From NCBI GenBank assembly GCA_010032125.1, contig RHAU01000001.1, positions 1-41,584 on the forward strand: a DNA stretch of 41,584 nt. The letters run 5' to 3'. The DNA comes from Actinomycetota bacterium (GTDB lineage Bacteria > Actinomycetota > Actinomycetes > Nanopelagicales > Nanopelagicaceae). The translations under genes and the position numbers were made by a program. Under the pieces are notes generated by a model. That model was not told the DNA's origin and ran no database searches. It worked only from the letters and a program-made list of their open reading frames with translations. This document shows, one piece after another, positions 37,637 to 41,584 of this stretch. The stretch's first letter is position 1; each line of letters begins with the position of its first letter.

Positions 37637-38712
37637 GAAGGAACCTCTGCTAAGGCCAAATCTGCAATCCTGGCTGCAGCGCCGCGGTGCATGTCGGATG
37701 GCGAATACCCCAGAGAATGAGCAGAACGAATCGCTTGCTCCAGATTGGTCGCCAACCAATGTGCAGTGAAATCTTTATTTGCTACTGAGATTGCTCTCCC
37801 CTGACGCACTAGTGATTGCGCATTCGTTACTTGTTCGCCATTTCCATGTGGCAGAGGAACCAAGATTGCATACCTACCGACGGTCATGATTTCTGAGCAG
37901 GTGACTGCCCCGCTTCGAGTAATGAGAAGATCTGAACTTCCATAAATCGCGGCCATATCGTGAAAATAAGCCATAGGTAAATAACCTTCGCGGGCTTGCG
38001 GTAGCGGATTGTTCACGCCAAGTGCATGGATAATCTGGAAATTTCGCGAAAGAGGATTTTTTAGAAATTCAGCCACGACGGAATTTATATGGGCTGAGCC
38101 TTGCGATCCTCCGAATATCGCGATGACCGGACGGCCATCATCAAAATTCCAGCTGGTGCGATGAAGAGTTGCGAATTCTCGTGATTCTTTCTCTGAAAGA
38201 CGACTCAATGAAGTGATGGAATCTCGTATCGGCATTCCCGTGAGCACTGAAGCCGGCCACCTGTCCGTCAGATCTTCGAAATTCACCGCAACGACCCGCG
38301 CAAACATGCGACCTAGTCGATTAGCCCAACCTGGCTTTGCATTTGCTTCATGAATGACGATCGGTACTCCCCGCATTTTCGCCGCAAGGTAAGCCGGCGC
38401 ACTTACATATCCTCCAAATCCGATGAGAACATCGGCTCCCGAAAGTGCACGAAAAGCGCCGACAATGCTGGCGATAAGTGCGAATGGAAACACAGCGATG
38501 GAAAGCGTGAACTTTCGTGGCAAGGTCACTCGCGGAATGCAGATGAGTCGATAACCCGCCTTTGGGACTAGAAGTCGCTCAAGCCCAGATTCAGTGCCAA
38601 GAAAAATGCATTCATTGCCGCTGTTTTTCTTCATCAACGCATCTGCTACGGCAAGCGCCGGCTCGATATGGCCAGCGGTGCCTCCTCCGGCAAGAATCAC
38701 GCGCGCTGACAT
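37633..38712 (-). CDS. murG: Lipid II glycosyltransferase MurG
   Basis: The ORF is open from 38841. ATG 38712 (MSARVILAGGGTAGHIEPALAVADAL) lies 4 nt after the ftsW stop and matches the MurG N-terminal G-loop. Confidence 0.93.
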   Translation of the reverse strand: MSARVILAGGGTAGHIEPALAVADALMKKNSGNECIFLGTESGLERLLVPKAGYRLICIPRVTLPRKFTLSIAVFPFALIASIVGAFRALSGADVLIGFGGYVSAPAYLAAKMRGVPIVIHEANAKPGWANRLGRMFARVVAVNFEDLTDRWPASVLTGMPIRDSITSLSRLSEKESREFATLHRTSWNFDDGRPVIAIFGGSQGSAHINSVVAEFLKNPLSRNFQIIHALGVNNPLPQAREGYLPMAYFHDMAAIYGSSDLLITRSGAVTCSEIMTVGRYAILVPLPHGNGEQVTNAQSLVRQGRAISVANKDFTAHWLATNLEQAIRSAHSLGYSPSDMHRGAAARIADLALAEVPS

Positions 38713-38716
38713 GGCG

Positions 38717-39910
38717 TTATCCCCTCGCAGAGCGAGATCTCTTTCGTTCCGCAATCTCCGCAGCAATAACGGGATCTCGACGCAAAACACCGAGAACAAA
38801 TCCAATAGAGATGAATGAAGCAAGAAGGGAGGACCCGCCATAGGAGATAAAGGGGAGCGTGACTCCTACAACCGGTAAGACGCTAATGACTGTGCCGATG
38901 TTGAGAAGTACTTGAATGGCAAACCAACATCCAATTCCTGCAGATGCATAACGTTCGAAAGAATTCTCTGCCCGAAGTGCGACTCTAAAAATCCCGAGAA
39001 TTAAAATTCCAAAGAGGATAAGGACCGCTAACGTTCCAAGAAGTCCTAATTCTTCACCGATGACTGCAAAGATGAAGTCGGTATGTGCTTCTGGGAGATT
39101 GCCCCACTTCTGTTTACTTGAACCAAGGCCTGTGCCTAGTGCGCCTCCGGAGGCTAAGCCCATGATGCTATGGGCCTGTTGCCACCCAACTCCCTTGTAA
39201 TTTTCTACTGAAAAAGGATCGAAGAAAGCGGCAAATCTATTTAAGCGATTGCTGCTGTTAATAATCAATATCAAGAACGGAATTCCAAGAATGAAACCGA
39301 ATGCTGCGAATGCTCGCATCGGTAGACCAGATATAAAGAGAATTCCAGCAACGATTGCAGCAAATACGACAGCGGTTCCCAAATCTTTACCTAGAAGAAC
39401 CAGGAAGAGTAGGAGCGCAACTCCGGGCGCGATAAGTGAGATCGGGCTACTGAATTTTCCTTGCGACGAACGTTGGTCGTGTATACGAAGTCGCATTGCG
39501 CACCAGAGAATCATCCCTACTTTTGCGAATTCGCTGGGCTGAATCGTGAAACTACCAATCCCAATCCAGTTTGTGTTTCCACCAATCGTTTTTCCTACGC
39601 CTGGAATTTGCGGAAGAATCAAGAGCCCCGCAGATACAACTAATGAAGTGCGAGCAATCGGTATCCAGAGGGTTTCTTTAAGGTGCATCGCAAGCCAAGC
39701 CAAAGGAAGTGCAAGTGCAAGGAAAATTCCCTGTCGTAGTACAACCGCAAATGAATTTCCCGATTCGTTGAGAGATGTGACAGAACTTGCGCTCAGCACC
39801 ATTACCAAACCAAGTGCAGTCAAGATTGAAACTGAACCAAGGATCAAGTAGTAAGCAGATGATGGCTGCGCAAAAAGTGATTTCCTCTGAGATGCCTTAT
39901 GGACGGTCAT
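38717..39910 (-). CDS. ftsW: SEDS-family peptidoglycan glycosyltransferase FtsW
   Basis: 397 aa polytopic membrane protein; ..QPSEFAK.., ..LPEAHTDFIFAVIGEELGLLG.., ..GVTLPFISYGGSS.. are FtsW/RodA motifs. dcw position. Confidence 0.9.
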   Translation of the reverse strand: MTVHKASQRKSLFAQPSSAYYLILGSVSILTALGLVMVLSASSVTSLNESGNSFAVVLRQGIFLALALPLAWLAMHLKETLWIPIARTSLVVSAGLLILPQIPGVGKTIGGNTNWIGIGSFTIQPSEFAKVGMILWCAMRLRIHDQRSSQGKFSSPISLIAPGVALLLFLVLLGKDLGTAVVFAAIVAGILFISGLPMRAFAAFGFILGIPFLILIINSSNRLNRFAAFFDPFSVENYKGVGWQQAHSIMGLASGGALGTGLGSSKQKWGNLPEAHTDFIFAVIGEELGLLGTLAVLILFGILILGIFRVALRAENSFERYASAGIGCWFAIQVLLNIGTVISVLPVVGVTLPFISYGGSSLLASFISIGFVLGVLRRDPVIAAEIAERKRSRSARG

Positions 39911-41264
39911 GGAGCAACTCCTTTACGGCGGCTGCGAAGAGCTCGCCGCGTTCTGCATAGTTCTTAAAGCGATCCATCGATGCACACGCGGGCGCAAGAA
40001 GAACGGTATCCCCCGCCGTCGCGCGTTCGGCTGCAGTGCGAACCACGGCGCGCATTAAATCCACTCCGCGAAGTTGCGCATCAATGCTCACTCGTTCGAT
40101 CTCGGGCGCATAGGCATTCAGGGCTTTATCGATAACAGGGGCATCGGTTCCGTAAAGAATTGCAGATTTGATTCTCGACTTTCCACGTTTAATGAGGTCA
40201 TCCATCGATGCACCCTTAGCTAGTCCGCCAGCAATCCAAATAACTCGAGGTTGAGAAAGGATTGCAGCAAGTGCAGCATGAGGATTTGTGGCCTTCGAAT
40301 CATCAATCCAAAGTATCTGATCCTTATCGGCAACGGTTTCCAGGCGATGATGATCGAGTTTGAAATTTCGAAGTGCTCTGCCAACGGCGGAAGAATCGGC
40401 GCCGATGGAGCGGGCCAGCGCTGCTGCTGCCATCCCGTTAAGAACATTATGCGGAACTGTCGGGGATATATCGCTTAACTCAAAGAGAACTTCAGCATCA
40501 CCAGAAACAAATGCGCGGTCAACAATCAAATTTTCTACTAAGCCAATCTCGTGGTTTGAGGGTGTCTCCAAGGAGAAATAGATGAGGCGCTTGGGCAATT
40601 CGCGGGCTCGACGAGCTATCTCAGGATCAGCAGCGTTGAGAATAGCTACTTTGGTTCGTTGGCAAATCTTGAATTTTGCACCTGCATAGGCGTCAAAACT
40701 TCCATGCCAGTCAAGATGATCTTCGGCGATATTAAGAATTGCTGCACTTTCTAATTCAAAGAGCGAACTCCACTCCAGTTGGAATGAGGAAAGCTCCAGG
40801 ACGAGTACATCTGATTCGGCAGATGTAACTGCTTCAATAACGGTGTCGCCCACATTGCCGCAGGCACGAGCATTGATACCTGACTCACGCAAGATGGACT
40901 CGGTCATCTGAACAGTCGTCGTCTTTCCATTTGTACCTGTAAGGCCAATCCATCTTTGCGATGGCGCAATCTCGCATTTAACTAGCCAGGCAAGATCAAT
41001 TTCACTTCGTAAGGTGAGACCAGCATCTCGAGCTTGAGCAATGAGTGGATGGTCCACTCGCCATCCGGGTGAGACAAGTGCAAAGGCGAAACGAGAAAGT
41101 TGAAGTCCATCCAGATTTGAGCGAGTTCCTTCAGCGCTGACATTTTCATCCACGACCGTGACGATTGCGCCTCGAGACTGTAAAAACTCTTCACTTGGCT
41201 TGCCTGTTACGCCGGCTCCAAAAATAAGAATCTCTGAACCAGCAAGAGAAGATAAGAAACTCAC
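39897..41264 (-). CDS. murD: UDP-N-acetylmuramoylalanine--D-glutamate ligase
   Basis: 455 aa; N-terminal Rossmann IFGAGVTGKP, Mur ligase P-loop GLTGTNGKTTTVQM, ..DDSKATNPHA.. GTG start directly after the mraY stop. Confidence 0.93.
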   Translation of the reverse strand: MSFLSSLAGSEILIFGAGVTGKPSEEFLQSRGAIVTVVDENVSAEGTRSNLDGLQLSRFAFALVSPGWRVDHPLIAQARDAGLTLRSEIDLAWLVKCEIAPSQRWIGLTGTNGKTTTVQMTESILRESGINARACGNVGDTVIEAVTSAESDVLVLELSSFQLEWSSLFELESAAILNIAEDHLDWHGSFDAYAGAKFKICQRTKVAILNAADPEIARRARELPKRLIYFSLETPSNHEIGLVENLIVDRAFVSGDAEVLFELSDISPTVPHNVLNGMAAAALARSIGADSSAVGRALRNFKLDHHRLETVADKDQILWIDDSKATNPHAALAAILSQPRVIWIAGGLAKGASMDDLIKRGKSRIKSAILYGTDAPVIDKALNAYAPEIERVSIDAQLRGVDLMRAVVRTAAERATAGDTVLLAPACASMDRFKNYAERGELFAAAVKELLHDRP

Positions 41265-41584
41265 TTACGCGACCACCCACTGTGCATAAAAGAGACCGAG
41301 CCCCGCTGCAACACATAAGCCAGCAATAATCCAGAACCTAATGACGATAGTGACTTCACCCCAACCCAATAATTCAAAATGATGTTGCAATGGCGCCATC
41401 TTGAATACTCGTTTGCCACCGGAAATCTTGAAGTATGTAGTCTGAATAATGACCGAAAGTGTGATGATAACGAACAAGCCACCAAGCAGAACTAAAAGTA
41501 ACTCGGTACGAAGCGTCATAGCCAGTCCTGCGAGCGCACCACCGATTGCAAGAGATCCGGTATCGCCCATGAAAATTCGTGCGG
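41265..41584 (-). CDS. mraY: Phospho-N-acetylmuramoyl-pentapeptide transferase MraY, C-terminal part; the 5' end lies beyond the right window edge
   Basis: The frame is open to the window edge. ..[32 protein letters not shown].. are MraY C-terminal motifs. Confidence 0.9.
   Translation of the reverse strand, partial: ARIFMGDTGSLAIGGALAGLAMTLRTELLLVLLGGLFVIITLSVIIQTTYFKISGGKRVFKMAPLQHHFELLGWGEVTIVIRFWIIAGLCVAAGLGLFYAQWVVA

Noticed and set aside
1-41584. Searched the ORF translations on both strands for mobile elements, integrases, phage genes, CRISPR arrays, toxin-antitoxin pairs, restriction-modification or other defence-like genes, and for a compositionally odd island
   Set aside because: Every substantial ORF has a confident housekeeping assignment and conserved actinobacterial synteny. 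There are no regularly spaced direct repeats, and no unexplained intergenic region longer than ~270 nt (the longest is the ileS T-box leader).

Overview
This window is a densely packed, almost entirely minus-strand core-genome segment of an actinobacterium. The gene order is colinear with the conserved Streptomyces/Mycobacterium backbone as I remember it. It runs uvrB-coaE-rpsA-polA, then pdtaR-tRNA-pyk-gltD/gltB, lgt-trpA-trpB-trpC-trpE-priA, dnaE-rluD-lspA-dksA-like, ileS on the plus strand, and finally yggT-sepF-yggS-pgeF-ftsZ-ftsQ-murC-murG-ftsW-murD-mraY. Many 1-14 nt stop/start overlaps and very short spacers suggest a streamlined genome (inference). I found no transposase, integrase, phage, CRISPR, toxin-antitoxin or defence-like genes and no accessory island. 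I cannot point to a convincing novel multi-gene system; this looks like an ordinary housekeeping region with a few local oddities. Nine points deserve a second look. (1) gltB and (2) dnaE are each split into two ORFs, with a conserved segment missing at the junction. (3) A 73-nt class-I tRNA folds by hand with anticodon CAA (Leu) but has no long variable arm. (4) The 3' end of that tRNA lies 1 nt from the pdtaR start codon. (5) A translational-type Ile T-box precedes ileS. (6) A DksA/TraR zinc finger is fused to a histone-H1-like AKK repeat. (7) lspA has no canonical start codon in front of its first TM helix. (8) A kynureninase gene sits where divIVA normally sits. (9) priA is coupled to trpE without neighbouring his genes. 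All calls come from reading the ORF translations and folding by hand; no database search or RNA model was run.
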